Source of the DNA: an uncultured Opitutia bacterium
GTDB taxonomy: Bacteria; Verrucomicrobiota; Verrucomicrobiia; Opitutales; Seribacteraceae
Direction: 5' to 3'
Assembly: GCA_963934295.1 (NCBI GenBank)
Contig: CAWVXY010000004.1
Coordinates: 56,049 to 120,048 of the forward strand
DNA length: 64,000 nucleotides
The position numbers and the translations under genes were made by a program. Under the pieces are notes generated by a model. It saw only the letters and a list, made by a program, of their open reading frames with translations, had not been told where the DNA came from and did not search any database. Shown here piece after piece: positions 39,587 through 49,327 of the stretch; the first letter of the stretch is position 1; each line of letters starts with the position of its first letter.

Positions 39587-42500
39587 CTATTCGACGACCA
39601 AGCTTATGCTTTGCGAATGACTATTGAACTCGGGGGCGTACATACATTGCACATTGGTCATACCGGTCTGATATTCTCCGCGGTGCTGAACACGGACGGA
39701 ATATTCGAATACATAGGTACCCTTGGGCAGATAATCCAAGTAGAAATGGGATGCGGTGTCACGGGTGGACTGGTAATAGCTCAGACCGTCCTGATATTTG
39801 TAAGTGGATAGAACATTGACCGGTTCGGTTCCGCTTCCGCGATGGTCCTTCATGTGAACATATTCCATGTCCCGGTCGGTACGCAGTTCGATCCGTACGA
39901 CCAGTTCATCTCCCACTTTTACGGGACCCCGAACCGGTGAGATAACCGGACCCTTTTTCGTATACTCCTTACTATAGAGAGTCTTTTTGATCTTCAAGGG
40001 CGTACCCTCGTGTGGGGTTATTTTGGAGATATCCTCCATGTACTGCCAATGCACGCTTCCCCAGGCAACTCCTTCGTCCACCTTGGTCACGGTGACTTTT
40101 CCGAAATCGGGCTTGATCTCCGGACCGACGAATCGCTTCTCGTAGTATCCGGTTCCTGCCTCCACATTCTCGGGTTTGATCGGAGCCCTGTCGGCAAGGG
40201 ATACTTTTACCAGTTCGTCCGAGGCAAGCAGATCACTCCCTCTAAGCACGAGGGCATAGACCGCATCGGCAGTCGCCTTGGTGGTCTTCCAGTCCTGAGT
40301 CTGCTTTTGCTTAAGCAACCAGACCTTACATTCCTCGACCGACTTCTGATCGTTCATAATCTCATCAAAAGCTTCAATCATCACCGCCTGGGTCTCGATG
40401 GGGGCACGATGCCACCACCAGGATAATTCCTCATCCTTCCAGAACATCCCCATTTCATCGTCACTGACCGAACGCTCCTTGAGTGAGCGGACAATGGCCA
40501 TTGGCGTATCCTTGTCTTTACCAAACCGATGAAGAGCGAGAGCCACATGTCCCTGCGACTGACGATTGCCGAGTTTGAGCCAGTATTCCCGGGCCTGCCC
40601 GAGGAAATAGTTTACCGCTTCCTGGGCATTGGGGTTGATCTTCTGCTGATCGAGGAAGAAACTGCGCCCGTACAAATAGAGAGCAATGGTGGAGGACAAG
40701 TGATTGTTCTCTTTCTTTCCATTTTTGAGAATACTTCGGTAGGTCTTGTTAATCCAATTGTCCAGACGGTTAAGCGACTTGATGGCAAGAGAAGGATCGA
40801 CATCCACCCCGAGATGACCCAACCGGCCAAATCCGGTGGTGATGTAAAGGGTGATGTAGTCATTCCCCCTGCCTCCCGGGAACCAGGGCCAGGCTCCGTC
40901 AGACAGCTGCATTTGCTTGAGCTTCTGGAAAGTCCGGCGTTTTTCGTCATTGAGACGGTTGTCGTCAAAGAGAATGCCCACATTACGGCGGGCTTCACTC
41001 TCGCTTTTGGCTTGGCGTACCCATGGAGTCTCCATCAGTGCGACGGACTTCAGGTCCTCGTTCTTTTCCAAGGGACTGTCCAATGTCTTCGTTCCCTTCC
41101 ACTGATCGAATATGCGACGAATCTTGGGATCAGAATGGGCGATCTCACGGGCCAGAGAATTTGCATAGAGCCGGTTAAAGGTTTGCTCGGAACACTCATG
41201 GGGAAATTCCATCAGATAAGGCAGGGCCATGACCGCATACCAGGAAGGATTGGAAACCATCTGAACGGTAAAGTTCTTATGTTTGATGGTGTCGGAATTG
41301 CCCGAAGCCATCAGTTTCTCAAAGTTAAACTTCTTGGTTTGGGCTCCCCGAATGGGCAAAGGCATCGATTCGGTCACAAAGATCCGTCTGGAAAGAACGG
41401 GCAGGTATCCCTCTTCCCCATCGGAAATCTTACCGGTTCCCCCCACTGCTTTGTAGGTGATCACTCCCAGATCATCAGGAACGGATATCTTCCACGAATA
41501 AGTACGGGACTGCTTGGCCGGTATCTCGAAATTCAAATCGGTCACTTTATTGCCGAGTTTCCCGTCCACACTTTGGTTAGTTCGGGCATCATGGAAGGTC
41601 AGACGGACTGTTCCCTTTTGGATGGTCGGTGACTGGTTTGAGACCTTGACCGTAAACTCGATCTTATCTCCCTCACGCAGAAAGCGCGGCGGGTTGGGTT
41701 GGACCATAATATCCTTGGCCGTGACCATACTATCGCTGAGGAAACCCGAGCGCATTTCCTTATCATGAGCAAATCCGAGAAACTTCCACTTGGTGAGGGC
41801 TTCCGGCATGGTAAACTCCATACGCACGATTCCATCCTTGTCAGATATGAGTTTGGGAAAGAAAAATGCGGTCTCGTTAAGGTTTTTTCGAGCACTTACC
41901 TTCGAAAGGTCAATTCCACCCGCACGGGGCCCTGCTCCTGAACCACCGGAAGAGTTAAATGATAGTGATGCTTCTCTCATGTCCATCGCAAAATCAGCAG
42001 ATTCATCAAGAGAACCTAATGAGAGTGAAGCATCTACATGGTAAGGTATGGTATCTGCACTCTTTTGTCTCCTCATTAGCTGTGCCGAATGAGCCTGAGC
42101 CGAGGAGAATGCGTATGCCCCCGTTGATGTCATTAACCTTTCCTTTCCGGAATTACGTACAGGGCCACGGCCAGAAGTATATCCGTAAGATGAAAGGTTG
42201 TAGTAACCCCATAGAGATCCAACCATTTCAGGGTGCCAACTGCGGTGTGACCATTTGATGCTTTCGTGCTTTCTCTTCCATCCTCCGTGTAAGGTGCGTA
42301 AATTCAAGGATGAGTTTTCAAAGCGAGAGTTAAGGTTGGAATGTTCACGTCGAAACAGATTGGAGAATGTCTTTTGCCAATCGTGAGGTTGGTAAGCATC
42401 CAGAGATTCGTCATAAAGGGTGGCCACCATTTCTGCCACCGCTTTTCTGGCATCTGGACCCGTGATCACCGCCGTCCAGGTCTCTTTAGCTGCCGGCTCA

Positions 42501-45500
42501 AGTTTGGAAGTGAAGCGTTCCCACTTCACCTCCAGGTCTTTATTTGTCCAGGGAACCTCAACCTGCCTAGTCGTAAGGTAGGCCCGGTTTTCACGAACAT
42601 AAGTGACACGAAGGGTAAAGCCCCCACGCATTGCCTCGCTGACTTTCTGTTCGATTTTTGCCTGGGTTTTCTTGCCATCGGTCCAATAGGATTGAAGGAC
42701 TTTGTTCCGGTGAACGATCTCCACGAAGGCACGTCCTTTGCGGTAACCAGTCCCCCAAAAGGCATTGAACGAATCCCCGGGCTCAACCCGCCAGGTGCGT
42801 GCGGCCACATGATTGGGAATCTTTACGCCAAAGCGTTTGGCTTTGGGATTGAGAACGAGAATGGGCAGAAGCGCTTTGACTTCCTTTCCAAAACGGTCCC
42901 TCGTCTCCAAGACTGCACGGTAAGCACCCTCCTCCAATGTAAAGGATAATTCCTTATTCCCATCCCCATCAGTAGTGAATTTCTGGGTGGCAACCACTTC
43001 ACCCAGTTCCCAGGAACTGGTATTGGAAAGATCGGGCTCAGGTTTGTAACCGCCACCCAGTCCACCCCGGTGGAATGTGGGGTACAATGGCTCACCAAGG
43101 CTGGCTCTTTGGACCTTCTTGGGTTCCTTGAGCCGATGAATCTTTAGGGATCCATTGGCAATTCGTCCGTCTCCGTCGAGTGAGGTGGTCTTGAGGGAAA
43201 CCTTCACCGGCTTGGCCGCGGTTTGCCAATCCTCTGCCGAAAGGGATGCCTGCAGGGCAACAAATCCAACATTCACACTAGTCTCCCCCGTACGGGTTTC
43301 ACCGGTAGCATCCACCACATCCGCATATATGGTGTAGTTGAAAGTGGGTTCGTCTTTCTCCAGAACCCCGGGATCCGGTTTGGCGGCAAACTCGACCTCA
43401 AAGGAGCCGTCCGCTCCGGTACGGGCAGTGCCCTGTGCAATCTCTTCGGGGGCTATAACCGTCAGAGGTCTCCACCAGTACTGCCAGCGCAACCAGGGCG
43501 GAAAGCGAACCTGCCTGACCACGCGATACCTGACCTGTGCATCATTGATTGCCGCTCCGGTGTAAGCCATGGCCGAACCACGGACCTTCACTTTACGGTT
43601 TAGCACAGCCGGCTCCGCCGGGGCGTCCACGGTAACCTGAAACTTGGGCCGCTTATACTCCTCCACATTAAAATAACCCGACCCCCTTGGAGAGTTGGAA
43701 CCTTCAACCTGAAGGTGCATCCTGCCCATGAGACGGTCACGCGGTGAAGTGAAGCTACCTTCGAAGGATCCATAGTCATTTGTTCGGTGCTTGGCCCGGG
43801 CAATCTCCTGATTATTAGAATCACGAAAAACCACCGTCAGGTCACAATTGGGGATTACCTTGTAATTATCTTTATCCTGATCGATATGATAGGACACCCC
43901 CTTATAGCGAATGGTTTGACCGGGTCGGTAAAGGCTCCGGTCGGTAAAGAAAACCGAGCGTTCATTTGGCCTGGAGCGATTGTTAATTTTTATAACATAA
44001 AAAAAATCGGTCGATGCCAGTGTTTGACCCTGATAAGAGACAAGAGTTCTAATCCTTGCTTGATCCTGCTTGATGCTGAATAGACCGTTGGCATCGGTCC
44101 TCACTGTCTCAAGGTCAATTTTACGACTATTCTCACGCTTCCACGAACGAACCTTTGCGCCTTGGATCGGTTCGCCACTGATTGCGTTCAATACAAAACC
44201 TTCCAAATTGCCCGAACGTCGTTGTGTACGCGTGACCACAGATAAGTCACTCACCCAGAAACTTGAGTAACTAACTTCATTTTCCTGTTCCTTAAATTCA
44301 GGATCATAGCTGGCAAAAAGAAAATAGGATCCGGGCTTCAAATCCTTAGGCGGGGTGATTTTTTCGACTCTTTCCTTAAAATCTTTGGTCGGTGGAAGAT
44401 CCACGGACCATTCCTTTACCGGTTTCTTCGCTAACCACTGCTTCCTTTCATTGGAAGGAATATATTCCGAATGACGATTCGACTCCCTCATGTAAGTCAC
44501 CCAGTCATAGGAAACCACCCGAAAATAAGCCTTAGTCAGATTTCGGTAACGCAATTGGATCTTCGGGAACGGAGCATTCCACACCCGCTCGGTTTTAACT
44601 AATGAGGACTTGGCCTCGATTTGGTTAATGAGGTTCCTGCATTCCTTGGCTCCCACGCTTTCAGGAAAAACCGAGATCCCACGCTTAGCCATTTTATGGG
44701 CTTCCACAAGCTCGCCTTCGCCCCGCAGAACATTGGCATGTCGGTACATCGCACGGGCAGACATCTCGTGTTCGGCCCACTTCTGGGTGAAGCGCTTAAG
44801 TGCTGCCTTGTATCGGGCGTTTTTCTCCTCTCCAAAAGATTGATTGTACCCATAACGCAAACGGAGAAGGTCGGCCTCAATGAATGCATCCTGGTTTTCC
44901 CCATTCTTATGAAAATTCAATAGGTCCTGATAAAGTTTGATCGCTCTGATCTTGGGCGATTCATCGTCTTCCGAATCGATTTCCCAGCCCATAAAATCCT
45001 TGGCTGATGCGAAAATCGGGCTATCGGCGGAAAGAACGAAGGAATCCTGTGCTTTGGATCCAGCTTGCTCGCCCGCGGAATAAAAGCGTAAGGCATCATG
45101 CACCACAAAATCATAAAGGGTCGGACGGTAGCTCTCGGGCACATTCCCCTTATTTAAAAGGAAGTCATAGTCGCCAATAGCTTCCTTCTTCAGAACTTCA
45201 TGATAGGACAGAGTCTTTTGGAACTGCTTATCGATCTCTGCTAGGATCCGGGGCAAGTCCCAGGTGGTGATGTCTTCTCCCGGAGCCTCAGTCGTCCGTG
45301 TCCTTTGTGCAAAACGCCAACGGTTTTGCTGAAAGTACTGCCAATACCAGTTGGAAAGAACGGCTCGCATCATCGGCTTGAGTGCCTCGGGTGCCTTGGT
45401 GATCTCATCTTCCAACCGGGCAATCTTTTCCTCGGCCTTATTCCCCTGGATGGCTCCCTCCAAATTGATCTTCTGGCCAATTGCCCGTATGGCCACGGCA

Positions 45501-45694
45501 TGAGCCCCATCCTTCAGAGCCTGTTTGATCAGGGGATCAATTTTCTCGATAGCCGTCTTGGGTAAACCTTTCTTGATCTCCGACTCAACATCCTCCCATT
45601 GGTCCATAAGGCTCTTTGGCAAGGCCTGTCCGATCAGAAAAAAGCCAAAAGTAAGAAAAAGAATGGGAGCGATGAGAGGAATAATTTTCTTCAT
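39587..45694 (-). CDS. Bacterial alpha-2-macroglobulin family protein, thioester-containing, 2035 aa
   Basis: FPHECSEQTF carries the C-x-E-Q thioester motif at 41183-41194 (Cys is residue 1501, in frame). Its length and beta-rich MG-like repeats fit A2M. The signal peptide has no lipobox Cys. The N-terminal ~350 aa are helical and TPR-like. Confidence 0.85.
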   Translation of the reverse strand: MKKIIPLIAPILFLTFGFFLIGQALPKSLMDQWEDVESEIKKGLPKTAIEKIDPLIKQALKDGAHAVAIRAIGQKINLEGAIQGNKAEEKIARLEDEITKAPEALKPMMRAVLSNWYWQYFQQNRWRFAQRTRTTEAPGEDITTWDLPRILAEIDKQFQKTLSYHEVLKKEAIGDYDFLLNKGNVPESYRPTLYDFVVHDALRFYSAGEQAGSKAQDSFVLSADSPIFASAKDFMGWEIDSEDDESPKIRAIKLYQDLLNFHKNGENQDAFIEADLLRLRYGYNQSFGEEKNARYKAALKRFTQKWAEHEMSARAMYRHANVLRGEGELVEAHKMAKRGISVFPESVGAKECRNLINQIEAKSSLVKTERVWNAPFPKIQLRYRNLTKAYFRVVSYDWVTYMRESNRHSEYIPSNERKQWLAKKPVKEWSVDLPPTKDFKERVEKITPPKDLKPGSYFLFASYDPEFKEQENEVSYSSFWVSDLSVVTRTQRRSGNLEGFVLNAISGEPIQGAKVRSWKRENSRKIDLETVRTDANGLFSIKQDQARIRTLVSYQGQTLASTDFFYVIKINNRSRPNERSVFFTDRSLYRPGQTIRYKGVSYHIDQDKDNYKVIPNCDLTVVFRDSNNQEIARAKHRTNDYGSFEGSFTSPRDRLMGRMHLQVEGSNSPRGSGYFNVEEYKRPKFQVTVDAPAEPAVLNRKVKVRGSAMAYTGAAINDAQVRYRVVRQVRFPPWLRWQYWWRPLTVIAPEEIAQGTARTGADGSFEVEFAAKPDPGVLEKDEPTFNYTIYADVVDATGETRTGETSVNVGFVALQASLSAEDWQTAAKPVKVSLKTTSLDGDGRIANGSLKIHRLKEPKKVQRASLGEPLYPTFHRGGLGGGYKPEPDLSNTSSWELGEVVATQKFTTDGDGNKELSFTLEEGAYRAVLETRDRFGKEVKALLPILVLNPKAKRFGVKIPNHVAARTWRVEPGDSFNAFWGTGYRKGRAFVEIVHRNKVLQSYWTDGKKTQAKIEQKVSEAMRGGFTLRVTYVRENRAYLTTRQVEVPWTNKDLEVKWERFTSKLEPAAKETWTAVITGPDARKAVAEMVATLYDESLDAYQPHDWQKTFSNLFRREHSNLNSRFENSSLNLRTLHGGWKRKHESIKWSHRSWHPEMVGSLWGYYNLSSYGYTSGRGPVRNSGKERLMTSTGAYAFSSAQAHSAQLMRRQKSADTIPYHVDASLSLGSLDESADFAMDMREASLSFNSSGGSGAGPRAGGIDLSKVSARKNLNETAFFFPKLISDKDGIVRMEFTMPEALTKWKFLGFAHDKEMRSGFLSDSMVTAKDIMVQPNPPRFLREGDKIEFTVKVSNQSPTIQKGTVRLTFHDARTNQSVDGKLGNKVTDLNFEIPAKQSRTYSWKISVPDDLGVITYKAVGGTGKISDGEEGYLPVLSRRIFVTESMPLPIRGAQTKKFNFEKLMASGNSDTIKHKNFTVQMVSNPSWYAVMALPYLMEFPHECSEQTFNRLYANSLAREIAHSDPKIRRIFDQWKGTKTLDSPLEKNEDLKSVALMETPWVRQAKSESEARRNVGILFDDNRLNDEKRRTFQKLKQMQLSDGAWPWFPGGRGNDYITLYITTGFGRLGHLGVDVDPSLAIKSLNRLDNWINKTYRSILKNGKKENNHLSSTIALYLYGRSFFLDQQKINPNAQEAVNYFLGQAREYWLKLGNRQSQGHVALALHRFGKDKDTPMAIVRSLKERSVSDDEMGMFWKDEELSWWWHRAPIETQAVMIEAFDEIMNDQKSVEECKVWLLKQKQTQDWKTTKATADAVYALVLRGSDLLASDELVKVSLADRAPIKPENVEAGTGYYEKRFVGPEIKPDFGKVTVTKVDEGVAWGSVHWQYMEDISKITPHEGTPLKIKKTLYSKEYTKKGPVISPVRGPVKVGDELVVRIELRTDRDMEYVHMKDHRGSGTEPVNVLSTYKYQDGLSYYQSTRDTASHFYLDYLPKGTYVFEYSVRVQHRGEYQTGMTNVQCMYAPEFNSHSQSISLVVE

Positions 45695-45989
45695 ATTGAG
45701 AATGAATTTAGTGTGTTTGAAGGGAGCAAGCTCCCACTTGGGCTGGAATTTAATGTAAGATTGAAGAACTTAGACGCACTGTACAAGTATTCCTTAGAAA
45801 AAATTAACTCGAGCCTTTTATCGGCATGAATTTAAGAGGGTGCACAAATTTAGTCTGCACTTAACCCGTGTACTACAAAAGTGAATCAAGACATCTACAC
45901 TCCTCATTATTTCTTTTTTGCAACTTACATAAATGTAGAGACTGCAAAGATCAAAACGTAAGAATAAGGTTTTGATAATGTTGTTTAAA

Positions 45990-47390
45990 CTAATTATGTG
46001 GATTCATCAATTGGTGCATCGCATTGGCAAACGAGTTCCCAAGTCGTACGAAGAACGCCCCGCTACCCAAGTAGTGATAGGGGCGATCGCTACCCACCGT
46101 ACTCCATTCATGGTAATGAGGTGGCCACCCTTTTTCGAATACCGAATGGGAGAAATTTGAATAATCCTTGTAGCTTTCCACAGAAAGAACATTGCCTATG
46201 AATTCTGGATGCTTGGCGGCCTCTCGTTGAGCGATCGATACCGCGTTTTCGTCTACCTTTTCTTTAGTGCGGGGTGTACCCAGCACTCCGATAACAAAAG
46301 GCATGTTCGGGGTCTTGAAGCTAGTGCGCACATCCTTGATAAAGGTCTTCATATTGTCCGCATAATTTCCGTGATATTCAGGGTTAAACTGATCATTAAA
46401 GCCCTGAAACCAGACGAAACCCGCGATCTCATAGCCCTGCCCGGGATCGTATTCAGGATGGTGCTTCTTCGGGTCGGCCAGAACCTCATTCACATGCTCG
46501 ACCATCTCCCGCCAAAAATGACCCGCATCGTCCTGACTGAATGGCTTCGGCTCACGCGGCAGCTTGGGTTTGCGCGGTTCGCGTAATTTCTTTTTGGTCT
46601 TTTCATCGGCGGTCTTCATCTTCTCCCGATAGGCAGCTAGGTCAGCGGCATACTTTTTCTCCGTTTCGGGAAAGTTTTTAACCGCCTCCCTGAACTTAAC
46701 CAGATTTTCTTCGGCCTTGGTCTTCGCGTCGGAATAAGCTTTCGTACTTTTAAAGTCGGACGCGGATGGCGGGCGAAAATCATACATGAGTGATTTGCCT
46801 CCCCACGAGGCTTTAATCAGCAAAATAGGCCCCTTGATCTTTTTAGCCATGGACAGGCCAAATCCATATTCCGGACCAATCTTTATGTTGTCAGCACCAT
46901 AACCAACGCCGAGCTTACCCGACTTCACATTCCTATCTGCTATGGAGGAAATGTAGACCTGATCTGAGACAGTACAGGCGTCGATCATCTTTTTCTCGTA
47001 GCTTTCGTGCTCAGCAACCAGCTTATTGAGTTTGGATTCCAGTGCCTTCTTTTCCGGACCATCCGGCATGTTTTTGATTTTTGGAAAACCGATACCACCA
47101 CTCAATTCGTCGAGCTCCCGGGCTTTGATCAGTTGTTCTTGGAACGCTTCGCTCATATCTTTTCTAAAGACCATCTGCGTGAGGGGAGCGTCTTTAGCCA
47201 TGCCGTTCATGTAAAGAGTGCCAATCGTATGCCCCCGGGCATGACCAACGGTATTGGACTGTCCTGCAAGGATGAAGACTTTAAGTTTCTGATCAGCAAA
47301 AACGGAAGCGGACAAAATAATCGATAAGGCAAGAAACGCCTCTGCCCGCAAACGGAAAAGATAATGGAGGAAGTTTGTTCTGACATTCAT
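45990..47390 (-). CDS. SASA/DUF303 (sialate O-acetylesterase-like, SGNH) carbohydrate esterase with a Lys-rich insertion
   Basis: KVFILAGQSNTVGHA (GQSN nucleophile block) and FVWFQGFND (variant of the W.QGE.D block). A ~70-aa K/E-rich helical insert lies between them (…KTKAEENLVKFREAVKNFPETEKKYAADLAAYREKMKTADEKTKKKLREPRKPK…). Signal peptide present. Confidence 0.6.
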   Translation of the reverse strand: MNVRTNFLHYLFRLRAEAFLALSIILSASVFADQKLKVFILAGQSNTVGHARGHTIGTLYMNGMAKDAPLTQMVFRKDMSEAFQEQLIKARELDELSGGIGFPKIKNMPDGPEKKALESKLNKLVAEHESYEKKMIDACTVSDQVYISSIADRNVKSGKLGVGYGADNIKIGPEYGFGLSMAKKIKGPILLIKASWGGKSLMYDFRPPSASDFKSTKAYSDAKTKAEENLVKFREAVKNFPETEKKYAADLAAYREKMKTADEKTKKKLREPRKPKLPREPKPFSQDDAGHFWREMVEHVNEVLADPKKHHPEYDPGQGYEIAGFVWFQGFNDQFNPEYHGNYADNMKTFIKDVRTSFKTPNMPFVIGVLGTPRTKEKVDENAVSIAQREAAKHPEFIGNVLSVESYKDYSNFSHSVFEKGWPPHYHEWSTVGSDRPYHYLGSGAFFVRLGNSFANAMHQLMNPHN

Positions 47391-47564
47391 GATGAATTCA
47401 AGAATCAGTCGAGGGGGTCTTGGATTTCAAGCCCAAATACACCCCGAAAATTAATTTGTCACGACAACCTCTCCATCCAAAAGAATAATTCCGTAAAAGA
47501 AACTTTTACATGTAAGGCATTGGGTTGTAGGGTCGCGTCCAACTAATTACCAACCAGTAAATTA

Positions 47565-47921
47565 ATGAAGCACTTCTTACATTTTTTGATCTTAGGCTTA
47601 ATCACAGGATGCGGCACGGTTTCCGAACTGGTAGAAGATATCTTCATGCCCAATTATCGCCGTATTCTTGATGGTAATAGAACCTATTATTATATGCATC
47701 CCACCAAGCCCAATAAATTCTCTGACAAGAAAAAATGGCAGGTATATTTCAAGGACGAAAAACTGATTTCCTCCACTTCCTGGAAGCCTGACGGACAGAA
47801 GTGTCCCGAAACGAATTTAATCAATGGCAATGGACTTTTGGTTTTGTATAACGAGGACGGGACCGAACTATCCCGCTCTTACTACAAAAACGGTAAACCT
47901 AAAAGGACCAAAAAGCCTTAG
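47565..47921 (+). CDS. Small lipoprotein with MORN-variant (YwqK-like) repeats
   Basis: Lipobox LITGC. YNEDGTELSRSYYKNGKPK resembles MORN_2 repeats. It is a low-GC gene on the opposite strand inside a higher-GC block. Confidence 0.35.
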   Translation: MKHFLHFLILGLITGCGTVSELVEDIFMPNYRRILDGNRTYYYMHPTKPNKFSDKKKWQVYFKDEKLISSTSWKPDGQKCPETNLINGNGLLVLYNEDGTELSRSYYKNGKPKRTKKP

Positions 47922-48017
47922 AACTCTTTAGCTATTTGGACAATAGTTAGTAACCAAACAAAACCATGCTCCGCATAGCTATGACTATGTCAGGCCCTTA
48001 AAAAAGATTGGCGAAAG

Positions 48018-49166
48018 CTACTTGTGCTTATTCCAAAGAATCTGGGTGCCTTCCTTGCCGGGAACCACGATCTCAAGATCGCCGTCGGCATCCAGGTCAG
48101 CAGTAACAATGTGTAATCCAATACCCGCTCCCTTGGCGGCGACATACTTGCCGAAGTTCTTGAATTCTTTGTCCCAAGTGTAGTACATAACGACAGGAAT
48201 GTCATCAGCTCCCGGATCCCGACCGTTATGCCCGTAAACACGCTTACCGGTAATCAGTTCGTCCACCCCGTCACCGTCCAGATCCGCAAAGTGCAGAGCA
48301 TGGGATTGACTGAACGAATCGTCGATCTTGACTTCATCATAAAGGAAGTTGCCGTCATTATCGAAACCTTTGGATAGCCATGCAAAGACGCCATAGTCAT
48401 GCCCATTGCCCCAAATCAGATCGTTCTTACCATCACCGTTTACATCGCGGATCAATACCGGGCAGGACAGACTCTTGGTCCAGCTTGGGTGAAACTTCCA
48501 TGGACCAGCATAGGGATCGCCTTTTGGTCTTTCATACCAACCAGTACCGATTACGATATCGCTTCGCCCATCGTTGTTTAGATCGCCAAAGCCGATCCCA
48601 TGACCGCTCTGTGGGCCAACCGTGTGACCTTTGAACTTACCCTTATCATCCTGATACCAAAGAATCGTGGGTGCCTTCTTGTTCCATTGGTTGGCAAACC
48701 ATTCGCGTTTACCGTCGCCGTCAATATCAAGAAATTGACAGAGTTCATTGGTCTTCTGCTTGGTATCAATCAAAAGATTCTGCTCCCACAACCGGCCCCA
48801 CTTAAGACCTTTCTCTCCGGGATTTCGGTACCAATTCACTTCGGGTAACCAAAAACTATTCGACACAACATCGATCCAACCGTCACCATCGACATCATAA
48901 GCATGCTCGCCATTGGAGTGGGCATAACCACCCTTGTCTTCGATGATGCGTAAGGGTCTTGGCACCCATGCTCCTGACTCTCCTGGGTTCCGATACCAAT
49001 TGCGACCGGCTGAGACATCAAGCTTTCCGTCCTTGTCATAATCTGCCACCGCAACTCCCTCATTTGCATCAACGGCCAACAACTGCATCTCGAATTTCAC
49101 TGGGTGTGTACCGAAGAGAGAAGTGCTACCAAGCAGACTCAAAGTCAAAATATTTAAGTGTTTCAT
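48018..49166 (-). CDS. FG-GAP/VCBS repeat protein (secreted beta-propeller)
   Basis: Repeated Ca-binding-like loops DVDGDGWIDV, DIDGDGKRE, DLNNDGRSD, DVNGDGKND, DLDGDGVDE and DLDADGDLE, each followed by hydrophobic strands. Signal peptide present. Confidence 0.7.
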   Translation of the reverse strand: MKHLNILTLSLLGSTSLFGTHPVKFEMQLLAVDANEGVAVADYDKDGKLDVSAGRNWYRNPGESGAWVPRPLRIIEDKGGYAHSNGEHAYDVDGDGWIDVVSNSFWLPEVNWYRNPGEKGLKWGRLWEQNLLIDTKQKTNELCQFLDIDGDGKREWFANQWNKKAPTILWYQDDKGKFKGHTVGPQSGHGIGFGDLNNDGRSDIVIGTGWYERPKGDPYAGPWKFHPSWTKSLSCPVLIRDVNGDGKNDLIWGNGHDYGVFAWLSKGFDNDGNFLYDEVKIDDSFSQSHALHFADLDGDGVDELITGKRVYGHNGRDPGADDIPVVMYYTWDKEFKNFGKYVAAKGAGIGLHIVTADLDADGDLEIVVPGKEGTQILWNKHK

Positions 49167-49327
49167 ATCTTATTTCTTATGTTTAGGAGGGTTCGTTTAT
49201 TACAGGACGATCGGCGAATCACTCTTTTCGATGTTTTCCACCATTTTTGAATAGAATTGCAAATCATAAAGTGAAAAAGGGAATCATGGCAACAGAAAGG
49301 GCATGAAGGAAAAGAATATCTTCCTCC

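Noticed and set aside
40529-41632. A 367-aa plus-strand ORF, with other long ORFs at 42341-42949, 43223-43603 and 40010-40426, all inside the A2M gene
   Set aside because: They lie antisense to a 2035-aa ORF with clear A2M motifs. Their translations are low-complexity (Gly/Pro/Leu/Arg-rich) with no motifs. They are the expected shadow ORFs of a higher-GC gene.
45722-45735. Inverted repeat GGGAGC-AA-GCTCCC in the A2M 5' leader, plus several AT-rich 5-7-bp hairpins in other spacers (e.g. 55888-55910 and 45885-45925)
   Set aside because: The stems are short or AT-rich, no U-tracts sit in the right orientation, and there is no recurrence elsewhere in the window. They cannot be distinguished from chance.
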